From contig JAIEMA010000014.1 of assembly GCA_019752535.1 (NCBI GenBank), positions 42,036 through 106,035 of the forward strand: a DNA stretch of 64,000 nucleotides, read 5' to 3'. Below, in pieces: positions 36,118 through 45,078 of this stretch; position 1 is the first letter of the stretch; each line of letters starts with the position of its first letter. The notes beneath the pieces are model-generated. The model was given only the letters and a program-made list of their open reading frames with translations, was not told the DNA's origin and made no database searches. The translations under genes and the position numbers were made by a program. The DNA comes from Bacteriovoracaceae bacterium. Its GTDB lineage: Bacteria > Bdellovibrionota > Bacteriovoracia > Bacteriovoracales > Bacteriovoracaceae.

Positions 36118-37766
36118 GACTTGGACCTTAATTCATTTTTTAAAGCGGACAAGTGCCTTTTATCAATATCTATTAATTCTTTAGAAGTTCCAGTCTTAAA
36201 TTCACTCTGCTCTAAATTTGAAAGTAGTTGCAATAAATATTCCTTTGACTCTGTCTTTAGTTTTGATTTTTCCAAAATCTTTGATACAGACTGCTCGCTA
36301 CCGGGACTTAATTCATATAACAAACGAGTCAACTCTTTTGACGAGCCCTTTCCTGAAGCTAAAAGCTGGTAATCTCTCCCCCAAAATTCCGTTGGCCTGC
36401 GTAAAGGGGAGACAATTTTTTTAAACTTAAAAGAAAAAATGACTAAGCACAGAAGCAAGAGCGCAAGCCACCAAGTCTTGGTATCGAGAAGCCAATTGGA
36501 ATTTGAGAATCCCGCAGAGTTAGATTTCTCGATTACTTCTTTTTCTTGAACATTTTTGACCGGAGTCTCTGTCTCATTCGATTTACTCTTTTTCGCCGCG
36601 CCACCAGCAACGATTAATTCAGGAAGCTCTTTAATAATTGTTTCGTATCGAGAAGAGTTGGGATCAAAATAGCTGAATTCCACTTTCTGAGCACTGATCT
36701 CACCGCCTTCTTTACCCAAGTAGGTATAATCAAAAGTTTTAATTGCGCTCTCTCCACCAACAAGCGCAAGATCTGCTTTTGAATCAAATTTTTCCAATTG
36801 AGGCACGTTCCAAATGACTGGTGTTTCCATGTTTTCTAGGTTTCCGGGCCCAGAAACTGTTAACTTCGCATCGATAGGCTCATTAACAAGTATTTGATTT
36901 CGATTAATCTTTAAATCAAATTCGTGCTTGCCTACAAGACCTGTAAATGAGTTGGGTTTGCCTTCAAGTGGTAAGGCTTTTACTTCAATCGTTACGGGTT
37001 CGCTGGAAAATACTTTTGTCTTGAGATCCCTCATTCCTAAACCAAATCCAAAGCCCATATTACCAAATAAGTCTTGAGCATAGGTCGCGCTGATATCCAT
37101 TGGGTCAACAATCAATTTTCCTGGCTTTTCTGGATAGAGCCTTGCTGAGTAAATTGTGGATCTACCAAATATTTCACCGTCTACCGTAACTCTTTGGGTA
37201 TTTTCATTTTCCTGAATATAACGCTTCATGAATCCATCAAGCTTAGGATATTTTTTTATATCAAAAGCTTGTAAACTTGTTTTCTTATAGAGGTAATAGC
37301 GAACAGTAACGCCTTCACCCACGTAAACAGACTTTTTAGGAACATCAGCAGCTAAAAATACGAGCCTGGGCTCTGGCGGGGCAGATGTTACTCGAATAGG
37401 GATACTTGATTGTGTTATAGTTCTACCATCAATGTTGACCTTAACATCTCTTAGGTTAATGACACCGGCCTTATCGGCCCTAGCGTCATATGAAATAAGA
37501 AGCTCGCGAGAAACAGACAATTTACCATTCTGATAAATAGTGCGTGTCGATAAACCTTGAACTTGTCTGCCAAGAACCTCAAAACCCTCTGCCTTAAAAC
37601 TTATTTCAGGCTGACTATCTCCGGTTGTCTGACATTTAAAAAGAATCTGAAACGTTTCTCCAATGATGGGGTTGCGGGGATTTGTTTCAACAACAACGTC
37701 ATCGGCCGCAAAGCCAACAATAGAAACGAATAAAATCAGTATGCATGATAGTTTTTTGAAAACCAT
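36114..37766 (-). CDS. batD: BatD-like (oxygen-tolerance family) protein
   Basis: 550 aa. Signal peptide, large beta-rich periplasmic region, late TM WWLALLLLCLVIFSF, helical tail. Last gene of a MoxR-DUF58-VWA (Bat) operon. Confidence 0.65.
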   Translation of the reverse strand: MVFKKLSCILILFVSIVGFAADDVVVETNPRNPIIGETFQILFKCQTTGDSQPEISFKAEGFEVLGRQVQGLSTRTIYQNGKLSVSRELLISYDARADKAGVINLRDVKVNIDGRTITQSSIPIRVTSAPPEPRLVFLAADVPKKSVYVGEGVTVRYYLYKKTSLQAFDIKKYPKLDGFMKRYIQENENTQRVTVDGEIFGRSTIYSARLYPEKPGKLIVDPMDISATYAQDLFGNMGFGFGLGMRDLKTKVFSSEPVTIEVKALPLEGKPNSFTGLVGKHEFDLKINRNQILVNEPIDAKLTVSGPGNLENMETPVIWNVPQLEKFDSKADLALVGGESAIKTFDYTYLGKEGGEISAQKVEFSYFDPNSSRYETIIKELPELIVAGGAAKKSKSNETETPVKNVQEKEVIEKSNSAGFSNSNWLLDTKTWWLALLLLCLVIFSFKFKKIVSPLRRPTEFWGRDYQLLASGKGSSKELTRLLYELSPGSEQSVSKILEKSKLKTESKEYLLQLLSNLEQSEFKTGTSKELIDIDKRHLSALKNELRSKS

Positions 37767-39548
37767 TTACCAGTCCTTCTTTCTACCTTCTTTACGTTTT
37801 TGAGTCGATGTATCCAACAGCTTAAGCTGAAGCTTTCTGTCATCCTGCTTAAGTTGCTCTAAAAGCGGTGAAACCTTGGGCTTTCGCTCACCCCTCTCAT
37901 CACCCTCTTTATCAGATGGAGATTTAGTTTTTTCATCATCCTTGGGTTTGTCCCCCTGACCCTTTGACTCATTTCCATCCTTGCTCTCTTTGGGTTCATC
38001 CTTATTCTTTGGATCAAAAGGATTTTTCTTACTTTCATCCTTATCAGAATTCTCTCCGCTTTCGCCTTTACCCTTACCTTGTTTCGATTCACCTTCTTTC
38101 GGGTCGCTTTCACCCGAATTTCCTTGGTTCTTCTCTTGATCTTTTTTATCTTTATCTTTTTCTTCTTTAGACTTGTTCTTATCTTTTGAGGGTGGAGCCA
38201 CAAGCATCTTCTTAATATTTTCGTTTATCTTTTGCTTGAAAGCTTTATCTACATTGCCTCTCACACTTTCATCTTCTATCTCTGAATATTTGGAGAGGGC
38301 TTCTTGAATTTTTCCTGTCTCCAGCTCAGAAGTTGCCCAATTAAAGTATGAATCCGTTTTAGTTAAATGATCTTTTATTTCAAAGTTCTCTTTATAGATT
38401 TTCTGTGCCGATTCGTGCATTTTTAATTTCACCAGTTGATCAGCAAGATTAATCTTTTCATCCCTAGTGAGCTTTCCTGCTTTGAATAAATCTAATCTCT
38501 CTTGAACTTCAATTGGAATTTGAACTTCATTTTTTTCCTGTGCCGATAAGTTGGTCAGAGAAAGGGCTAAAAAAATCGCTAAGCCAATAGGTTTAAAAAA
38601 TCTTAGAATTAGACTCATTGATATAAGGACCAGACCCGGAACAGCCCAGCGTTCAAGAGCGACAGGACGTATAATATTCTCGCCCTCTTTTTCTGCCGTT
38701 TTTTGTTTTGAGAAAAAATCCAATATCTCTTCAGTTGGAAGATCATAATTTTCGACAATGAAATACTTTGAATTTGGATTGTCACTCGTTGCTTTCTTAA
38801 AAAATTCTTCGTTTAATCTCGAGATTACAGTTACTCCGTGGGACTTCTTTTGACCATAAAACATGCCAAAGTTATCTTTCATTGGAATAGGGCCACCATT
38901 TCTAGTTCCCACTCCTACTAAGGCTAAATTTATACCCTCAGGCACTTTAAACGACTCAGTATCAGCATTATCTTCGCCATCTGTGATCACAAGAATATTT
39001 CCGGCCACACCTTCGTTTTTGGGATCAAAATATCTGACTGCTTCTTCAATTGCTAAACCAATTGAGGATCCAGCATTCATGTTTTTTAACATTTTGACAC
39101 TATCAATTCTTGAATCGAGAAGATCTAAATCAGAAGTAAAAGGAACAATTTTCTTTGTGATATCAGCAAAAACCATCACACTAATTTGATGGCCAACGGC
39201 TTTGCGAGAAAAGTGCTTTGCAATCAAGACAGATTTCTCCAATCTATTCGGCCTAATATCTTCGGTGAGCATTGATGTTGAAGTGTCTATTAAAATTATT
39301 GTTTTATCTTGCTTTACCATACCTTTAATTTTTTGCTCACCAGATCTTGGATCAAGTAAAACCACAGACAACAGTGACAGGCCTAATAAAAAACAAAGCG
39401 AAGAGAGACGCGAAGAGAACTTTCGTTCGAGTAACCAATGCTCCTTTACCCACGAGAAGAACTTTTTCTCCAAAAGCACGTATAAGGCAGCAAACACAAA
39501 GATTGCTACAATTAAAAATGGGAGCAGCTTGATTTTCAAAAAAATCAT
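37767..39548 (-). CDS. batB: BatB/BatC-like fusion: VWA domain, TPR, and a long K/E/D/G-rich tail
   Basis: 593 aa. N-terminal TMs, VWA MIDAS-type start IILIDTSTSM, a second TM, TPR-like helices, then about 140 aa of low complexity (KDKNKSKEEKDKDKKDQEKNQG...). Confidence 0.75.
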   Translation of the reverse strand: MIFLKIKLLPFLIVAIFVFAALYVLLEKKFFSWVKEHWLLERKFSSRLSSLCFLLGLSLLSVVLLDPRSGEQKIKGMVKQDKTIILIDTSTSMLTEDIRPNRLEKSVLIAKHFSRKAVGHQISVMVFADITKKIVPFTSDLDLLDSRIDSVKMLKNMNAGSSIGLAIEEAVRYFDPKNEGVAGNILVITDGEDNADTESFKVPEGINLALVGVGTRNGGPIPMKDNFGMFYGQKKSHGVTVISRLNEEFFKKATSDNPNSKYFIVENYDLPTEEILDFFSKQKTAEKEGENIIRPVALERWAVPGLVLISMSLILRFFKPIGLAIFLALSLTNLSAQEKNEVQIPIEVQERLDLFKAGKLTRDEKINLADQLVKLKMHESAQKIYKENFEIKDHLTKTDSYFNWATSELETGKIQEALSKYSEIEDESVRGNVDKAFKQKINENIKKMLVAPPSKDKNKSKEEKDKDKKDQEKNQGNSGESDPKEGESKQGKGKGESGENSDKDESKKNPFDPKNKDEPKESKDGNESKGQGDKPKDDEKTKSPSDKEGDERGERKPKVSPLLEQLKQDDRKLQLKLLDTSTQKRKEGRKKDW

Positions 39549-40522
39549 GCAATCTCCCTTAGAATAGCGCGCTTTAAAACCTCAACAATCAAAATGAGAG
39601 CGAGGCCAATGGCAAAATAGCTGTAATACAATTCATTATAGACAACCTGGTTTTCTACTTTTATCTCAGTCTTTTCTAGCTTATCAATGTCTGCAAATAC
39701 ACGCTCAAGTGCTTGCTCATCTGTGGCGGGATAGAATTTGCCCTGAGTGAGGCTTGAGATCTCCTGAAGTGTCTTGTAATCGATTGAACCGCCAGGGATG
39801 AGTTGGTATTGAGTCCCAAAAACAGTTTTTCCAACTGGAATCTTAGCGTCATCATGACTCCCAACACCTATTGTGTAGACACGTATTCCTTGTTTCCTCG
39901 CCTCTTCGGCAGCCTGATAGGGAGTCAAGTTCCCGACATTGGCCACACCGTCAGTGAGTAATATGATGACTTTATTTTTTGCTTCTGACTCTGCTGCTCT
40001 CGCTACTCCTAACCCAAGCCCATCACCAATATTCGTCCCACTTCCAAGATATCCGATGTCGATGTCACCGATGACCTTATCTAACAAGTCTGGATCTGTG
40101 GAAAGTGGCATGAGAGTAAAAACTTTTTCTGAAAAAATGACTAAGCCAACACGGTCAGTAATTCTTTTTTGAGCAAATTTACGTAATTCTCTTTTTGTTA
40201 CCTCAAGACGATTAGGTTTTAAATCTTCTGCAAGCATAGATCTTGAAACATCCACAACAAGTACAATATCAACAACCTCACGGCTTGAGGGAGAGAAGCT
40301 CTTAGCAAGTCTTGGTTGAGTCAGGGCATAGCTTAAGTAGCCCCATCCTATCAGGCCTATGATAAAAAGAATGAAGCGGGTTATGGCGCGCCAGGATTGA
40401 CGACGTCCTTGTTGAAAACCAACACTTAGTAAACTTCCCGCGATAATTTTCCAATAGTCGAGCGACCAAAGAACTGAAACGAATAGTCCCAGGATGAATA
40501 AGTAAGGTGATTTATATTCCAT
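39545..40522 (-). CDS. batA: BatA-like membrane-anchored VWA-domain protein
   Basis: 325 aa. Two N-terminal TMs, VWA motif VLVVDVSRSMLAEDLKPNRL, ILLTDGVANVG, and a C-terminal TM. Confidence 0.8.
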   Translation of the reverse strand: MEYKSPYLFILGLFVSVLWSLDYWKIIAGSLLSVGFQQGRRQSWRAITRFILFIIGLIGWGYLSYALTQPRLAKSFSPSSREVVDIVLVVDVSRSMLAEDLKPNRLEVTKRELRKFAQKRITDRVGLVIFSEKVFTLMPLSTDPDLLDKVIGDIDIGYLGSGTNIGDGLGLGVARAAESEAKNKVIILLTDGVANVGNLTPYQAAEEARKQGIRVYTIGVGSHDDAKIPVGKTVFGTQYQLIPGGSIDYKTLQEISSLTQGKFYPATDEQALERVFADIDKLEKTEIKVENQVVYNELYYSYFAIGLALILIVEVLKRAILREIA

Positions 40523-41282
40523 TTAATTCCTCCCTCAATCCTGTGAGAAGAATTTCTTTTTTCTTTAATATTTCATTTACTTCGCCTTCATTCACCTGAG
40601 GTTTAAATTGTATTTGATTGAGGTCATTAAAGAATTCCTCTAATCCTTTTTTGCGATTCAAAAAAATCTCTTTGTAGAAATCTCTTTGCTTCCAAATCGC
40701 ACTTAATTGCTGAAGAGTGTTCGCACTCTCTACTTCCGATATCAGTTTCTGGATCAAGTTCTTTTTTGCCTTCTTTCTCTTAATCTTCTTTAGTACCTTC
40801 CACCCTGCAAAGCTGGATAAGAGCAGGAATGTCACAATGATTAGAGCAGCAAAAATCTTATTTTTTACAAACCAATTAAGAGAGAAGAGTTCTTGTTCAT
40901 TATAGATATATGTTTGCGGGATTTCTCCGATTGCTCCATCCCACTTAATATCTGGCGTATCTATTTGTTGAGTACCAGCATTAGATATTTCAATTTTGTC
41001 CGAGGGTTTAAAATCTGGACCAAGAACTAATTTGACTTTAAATTTCCAACCTTCTTGGCTCTTTTCCCAGGCAGAGGTGGAGAATATAAATAGGTATTTT
41101 TTATCAATCCCATTTTTTATAGTATTCGGGGATATTTGCGAAATATTAACACTCTCATCAGCTACAATTGAGCCCTCGGCAATTGAGCCAGGCTTATAGA
41201 TTTGATTTGAGTCATCTAGTCGTAACTCAATTTGAGCCAGGGCACTCATTGACAATATTAAGCCGAGAAGGAATTGAATCAT
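40512..41282 (-). CDS. Hypothetical single-pass membrane protein of the Bat operon (DUF4381-position)
   Basis: 256-aa ORF. Signal peptide, periplasmic domain, TM IFAALIIVTFLLLSSFAGW followed by KKIKRKKAKK, then a helical cytoplasmic tail. Sits between the DUF58 and batA genes with overlapping junctions. Confidence 0.55.
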   Translation of the reverse strand: MIQFLLGLILSMSALAQIELRLDDSNQIYKPGSIAEGSIVADESVNISQISPNTIKNGIDKKYLFIFSTSAWEKSQEGWKFKVKLVLGPDFKPSDKIEISNAGTQQIDTPDIKWDGAIGEIPQTYIYNEQELFSLNWFVKNKIFAALIIVTFLLLSSFAGWKVLKKIKRKKAKKNLIQKLISEVESANTLQQLSAIWKQRDFYKEIFLNRKKGLEEFFNDLNQIQFKPQVNEGEVNEILKKKEILLTGLREELNGI

Positions 41283-42103
41283 TGAAGTCTCCGCAAGAAG
41301 ATTTCAAGATATTTTTCACTTGTCATGACATAAGGAATTTTACTTATGGCTTCAGAGAATTTTGTTGGACTTGCAAGTCCCGCAGATTTGGCCCTCCCAG
41401 TAGCAAAGTTGAAGCTGAGTGGCTTTATGTCTATGGGTGAAATCATCCTTACAGCGTGAAAATGTCTAACCTGGGTTATTTTAAAAAAATCTGAGGTTTC
41501 GCTTATATTTGAAAAATCGCCAAGATAAACGATTTCTTTTCGCTTTGAAAGCTGTCTCTTAATCTCTCCTACAACAAATTCATCTTTGTTTTCTCTGAAT
41601 TTGAACTGCTGCGATAAATTCACTTTTCCCGATTCTAAAACTAAGCTCATCCTTTCAAGCCATGAAACGAAAAGTATTAAGCCCTCTCTTCCCTTTTTAG
41701 GTGGCAAGTGAACTGCTTCTCCGTTGCACAAGATCACTACTTTAATTTGGTCCTGCGTTTTTTGTGCCAAAAGATAGAGTAGAGCACAAGTCTCAAACAT
41801 CATTTGAATTTTTGAAATTCCATTTGATCCATAAAAAGACGAGGGATTTATATCTAATATTACACAGACCTCAACGTTGCGATCCTCTTCAAAAGTTTTG
41901 AGGTAGATATGGCTACTTCTTGCAGAAAGCTTCCAGTCAATAAACCTAACGTCATCGCCATGGGCATAGATTTGATGTTCGCGAAACTGAAGTCCAGCTC
42001 CCTTAAAGCGCGATCGCAATGCACCAACGCTCACACTATTAGCGTTACGAAAAACGGCATGCTGTATTGAGGCGACAACCCTTTCGATTTCTTTTATATC
42101 CAT
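41279..42103 (-). CDS. DUF58-family protein (MoxR partner)
   Basis: 274 aa. FREHQIYAHGDDVRFIDWKLSARS matches the DUF58 core (R.Y..GD..R.IDW..SAR). Lies immediately downstream of moxR. Confidence 0.75.
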   Translation of the reverse strand: MDIKEIERVVASIQHAVFRNANSVSVGALRSRFKGAGLQFREHQIYAHGDDVRFIDWKLSARSSHIYLKTFEEDRNVEVCVILDINPSSFYGSNGISKIQMMFETCALLYLLAQKTQDQIKVVILCNGEAVHLPPKKGREGLILFVSWLERMSLVLESGKVNLSQQFKFRENKDEFVVGEIKRQLSKRKEIVYLGDFSNISETSDFFKITQVRHFHAVRMISPIDIKPLSFNFATGRAKSAGLASPTKFSEAISKIPYVMTSEKYLEIFLRRLQ

Positions 42104-42106
42104 AAA

Positions 42107-43063
42107 TTATAGCGAATTGACTGCAATCTCCTTTACAAGACTTCTCATATTCACTTTATCTAGCACGGCTTCATAGCTTGGAATCACTCTGTGCGCTAAT
42201 ACACTAGGGACTACTGACAACACATTCTCTGGTGAAACGAAGTCTTTACCATCCATAAAGGCTTTAAACTTGGCGAGCTTATAGAGCCAGATACTTGCAC
42301 GAGGAGAGGCACCTGCTACGATGACGCCTTCCCTTTTTTTGTCAAACCAACGTGTTCCTGGTCTTGTCGCATGCACCATACGAATAATGATATCTTTAAT
42401 TTTTTCATCGACATAAATCCGTTCAACTTCATTTTTGATGGATTCAAAATCACTTTGATTGAGAACTGGCTTCAAGTTCAGATGTTCATGTTTCATATTA
42501 AGAATAGATTTCTCCGCATCATAGTCGGGATAATCAACATGAACTTTCATCATAAATCGATCTAGCTGCGCTTCAGGAAGATTGTAAGTTCCTTCTTGCT
42601 CAATTGGATTTTGAGTTGCAAGCACAACAAATGGAGTTGGAAGTTTATGACTCTTGTCACCGATAGTGACTTGTTTTTCCGCCATCGCTTCTAGAAGTGC
42701 TGATTGAACTTTAGCAGGCGAGCGATTAATTTCATCTGCTAGCACAATTTGAGAAAAGATTGGACCAAATTTGGTTGTAAATTCTTGCTTGGCCTGATTA
42801 TAGACCAGGGTACCAACCAAATCTGAAGGAAGTAAGTCTGGAGTAAACTGTACTCTCTGAAATTGTAAGTCACACAGTTTACTCATGACCGAAACACTCA
42901 TTGTTTTACCAAGGCCAGGCATTCCCTCAATGAGAACATGGCCTTCACAAACGAGAGCTGCCAAAATGGACTCAAGCATATCATCTTGGCCATAGACAAC
43001 GGCTTTGGCTTCTTGAAGAATCTGCTGCATTTTTTTTAAATTCGACATTTTATCCTCACTCAA
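42107..43063 (-). CDS. moxR: MoxR-family AAA+ ATPase
   Basis: 318 aa. HVLIEGMPGLGKT (Walker A), VLADEINR (Walker B), ATQNPIEQEGTYNLPEAQLDRF. Confidence 0.9.
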   Translation of the reverse strand: MSEDKMSNLKKMQQILQEAKAVVYGQDDMLESILAALVCEGHVLIEGMPGLGKTMSVSVMSKLCDLQFQRVQFTPDLLPSDLVGTLVYNQAKQEFTTKFGPIFSQIVLADEINRSPAKVQSALLEAMAEKQVTIGDKSHKLPTPFVVLATQNPIEQEGTYNLPEAQLDRFMMKVHVDYPDYDAEKSILNMKHEHLNLKPVLNQSDFESIKNEVERIYVDEKIKDIIIRMVHATRPGTRWFDKKREGVIVAGASPRASIWLYKLAKFKAFMDGKDFVSPENVLSVVPSVLAHRVIPSYEAVLDKVNMRSLVKEIAVNSL

Positions 43064-44252
43064 TTCTTACTAAGATGTATTTTATATAATTCGCCCTATC
43101 GTGAAATGAAGAAACGGGGTGATCCCAGCCTTGCATCCCTAATTCTAATATGTTCAATTCTCTGTTTTCTTGTTTTGCACTGTAGATAATTGTTTCCTGA
43201 AATTCTTCTAGGGAGATGTAGTGAGTGCATGAAGCAAAAGCAATGAGACAACTCTCGTCAGCCACCTTAAAAACCTTTCGATGAAGCTTTTTGTATCCCT
43301 CAATGGCTGCTAATTTATCTTTTTTGGACTTTGCAAAAGCCGGAGGATCACAAGCTATGATATTGAATTTTTTCTTGCTTGAAATCGCCTCATCAAGCCA
43401 TTTGAACACATCAGCTCTTTGGAAAGATCCACGATTATTAAATTTATTAATCTCTAAATGGTTTTCTATAATTTCTTGCAGAGGGGCCTGATCCACAAAC
43501 TCTACACTCTTTACACCGCCTCTAAGCTGGTGAAGCCCCCAAGAGCCACCATAGCAAAAGAGATCCAACCCTTTCTCTTTGGAACCGTTGTACTTTGTAA
43601 GGACGCTTTCAAATTTATTACGATTTTCTCTATGATCGTAATACCAGCCAATTTTCTGAAGATTCTTGGCAGGAATTTCATAAGAAAAATTATTTTCGGA
43701 AATTGATATCTTTTCAACACTCAACTCTTCTCTAAAATGGGGCAAAACCTCTTTTATTCTCTGCTGAGGGTTATCAAGGAAACATACAGGTCTTTTAATA
43801 ATCTCCAGGACTGTGCTTTTAATGTGTTCTCGCCACTTATCCATTCCAGCTGAATTTATTTGTATGAGAGTGCAATTTTCATAGCTATCAATGATTAGAC
43901 CCGGCAAACCATCAGACTCACCGAAAACAACTCTGCAGCCATTTTCATAGCCCTTGTATTTGAGGCGAGCATCATATGATTTTTTAATTCTGGCGGAGAT
44001 CAACTCTTCAACAAGATCTGACTTAGGTGGAGAACTTAGCTTTTTTAGAACCCTGATTGCGGGTATTTTATCTGCCACGAGAGGATTCGCGAAACCAATA
44101 TATAGCTTCTTTCCCTCTACATCTTTTAAAAGTATCCATTCTCCAGGAATAAGAGATTTGATCTGGCCCTCAACATCACTTTTGTTGAGCTCACCATGGC
44201 CTGATGATATTTTATGGATGGCTGATTTTTTTATTTCAAGAGACTTAAACAT
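43056..44252 (-). CDS. Class I SAM-dependent rRNA methyltransferase, RlmI/RlmK-like (PUA-like N-domain plus MTase)
   Basis: 398 aa. GLDLFCYGGSWG (SAM-binding loop) and IIACDPPAFAKSKKDKLAAIEGYKKL (DPPxF catalytic motif). Confidence 0.75.
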   Translation of the reverse strand: MFKSLEIKKSAIHKISSGHGELNKSDVEGQIKSLIPGEWILLKDVEGKKLYIGFANPLVADKIPAIRVLKKLSSPPKSDLVEELISARIKKSYDARLKYKGYENGCRVVFGESDGLPGLIIDSYENCTLIQINSAGMDKWREHIKSTVLEIIKRPVCFLDNPQQRIKEVLPHFREELSVEKISISENNFSYEIPAKNLQKIGWYYDHRENRNKFESVLTKYNGSKEKGLDLFCYGGSWGLHQLRGGVKSVEFVDQAPLQEIIENHLEINKFNNRGSFQRADVFKWLDEAISSKKKFNIIACDPPAFAKSKKDKLAAIEGYKKLHRKVFKVADESCLIAFASCTHYISLEEFQETIIYSAKQENRELNILELGMQGWDHPVSSFHDRANYIKYILVRIE

Positions 44253-44259
44253 TATTGAG

Positions 44260-45078
44260 CTATTGGTTCGGGGAGCTATGACTTAAGAACCATTTCATAG
44301 CTTCTCCAATATTAATTTTATAATTTTTAAAATAGAGAGTCTCTTCAACATTTCTCTCCATTGGCTTATTCTTTGTTCCTGGTTGATTCAAGGTTTGCTT
44401 TGTTTTTGTTTTTGTTACTGTTGGAACCCCTATACTGTTGATGACCTGCCAACTTGTGTCACTCTCTATCTCTAGAGTTTGCGGGCCTTCTTCTGCAACG
44501 GATGTTGAACTCGTAAGGAAATATTTGGGCTCACTCCAAGTGGCCTTCTCCCACTTCATTTTTGTGCGGATAATTCCAATCGGCTTTTTGGCAATTGATT
44601 CAACCAGCTTTCCTTCCTCATCCATAATCAATTCATATTCTGGTACAGGCATCATATTTGTGGAGTCTGTCGCCACGATTGTTCTTTCCTGCTTTGTACT
44701 CTTCTTCAGCTGATATCCTTTAAATTTTTGAGCAAACGGAATCGGGATGATTGTCTCAAGCTTTCCCACAATCATGGCTTTTAACTCTTCTTTGATTTCT
44801 CTAAAGCCTTCTGGCAAACCCAACACATCTACAGCGACTCTTTCAGGATTCGCCGTCCAGTAGATTTTGAATGAAACTTCATTAAGAGTTCCAAAAATCA
44901 TTTGTTCATTAAGTTGCTTTGTAATTTGAGGACTACTCAATTCGACTACCAAGTCAGTTAAACCTCTAAATTTTGGATTGTAGGATTTTTCCTCAGAAAC
45001 TTTGATCATCCCTTGAGGATCTTGTGCATAGAGATTTGTTAAAAATAAAATGCTAAATATGAGGTAAGTTACTTTCAT
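44260..45078 (-). CDS. Hypothetical secreted protein
   Basis: 272-aa ORF with signal peptide MKVTYLIFSILFLTNLYAQ. ATGA-type overlap with the upstream gene. No recognisable family. Confidence 0.5.
   Translation of the reverse strand: MKVTYLIFSILFLTNLYAQDPQGMIKVSEEKSYNPKFRGLTDLVVELSSPQITKQLNEQMIFGTLNEVSFKIYWTANPERVAVDVLGLPEGFREIKEELKAMIVGKLETIIPIPFAQKFKGYQLKKSTKQERTIVATDSTNMMPVPEYELIMDEEGKLVESIAKKPIGIIRTKMKWEKATWSEPKYFLTSSTSVAEEGPQTLEIESDTSWQVINSIGVPTVTKTKTKQTLNQPGTKNKPMERNVEETLYFKNYKINIGEAMKWFLSHSSPNQ

Noticed and set aside
37859-38203. ORFs in other frames (114 aa minus, 68 aa plus) across the BatB tail region
   Set aside because: They are generated by the purine-rich low-complexity DNA encoding the K/E/D tail. 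Any frame stays open there, and the BatB frame is continuous with upstream VWA/TPR domains.
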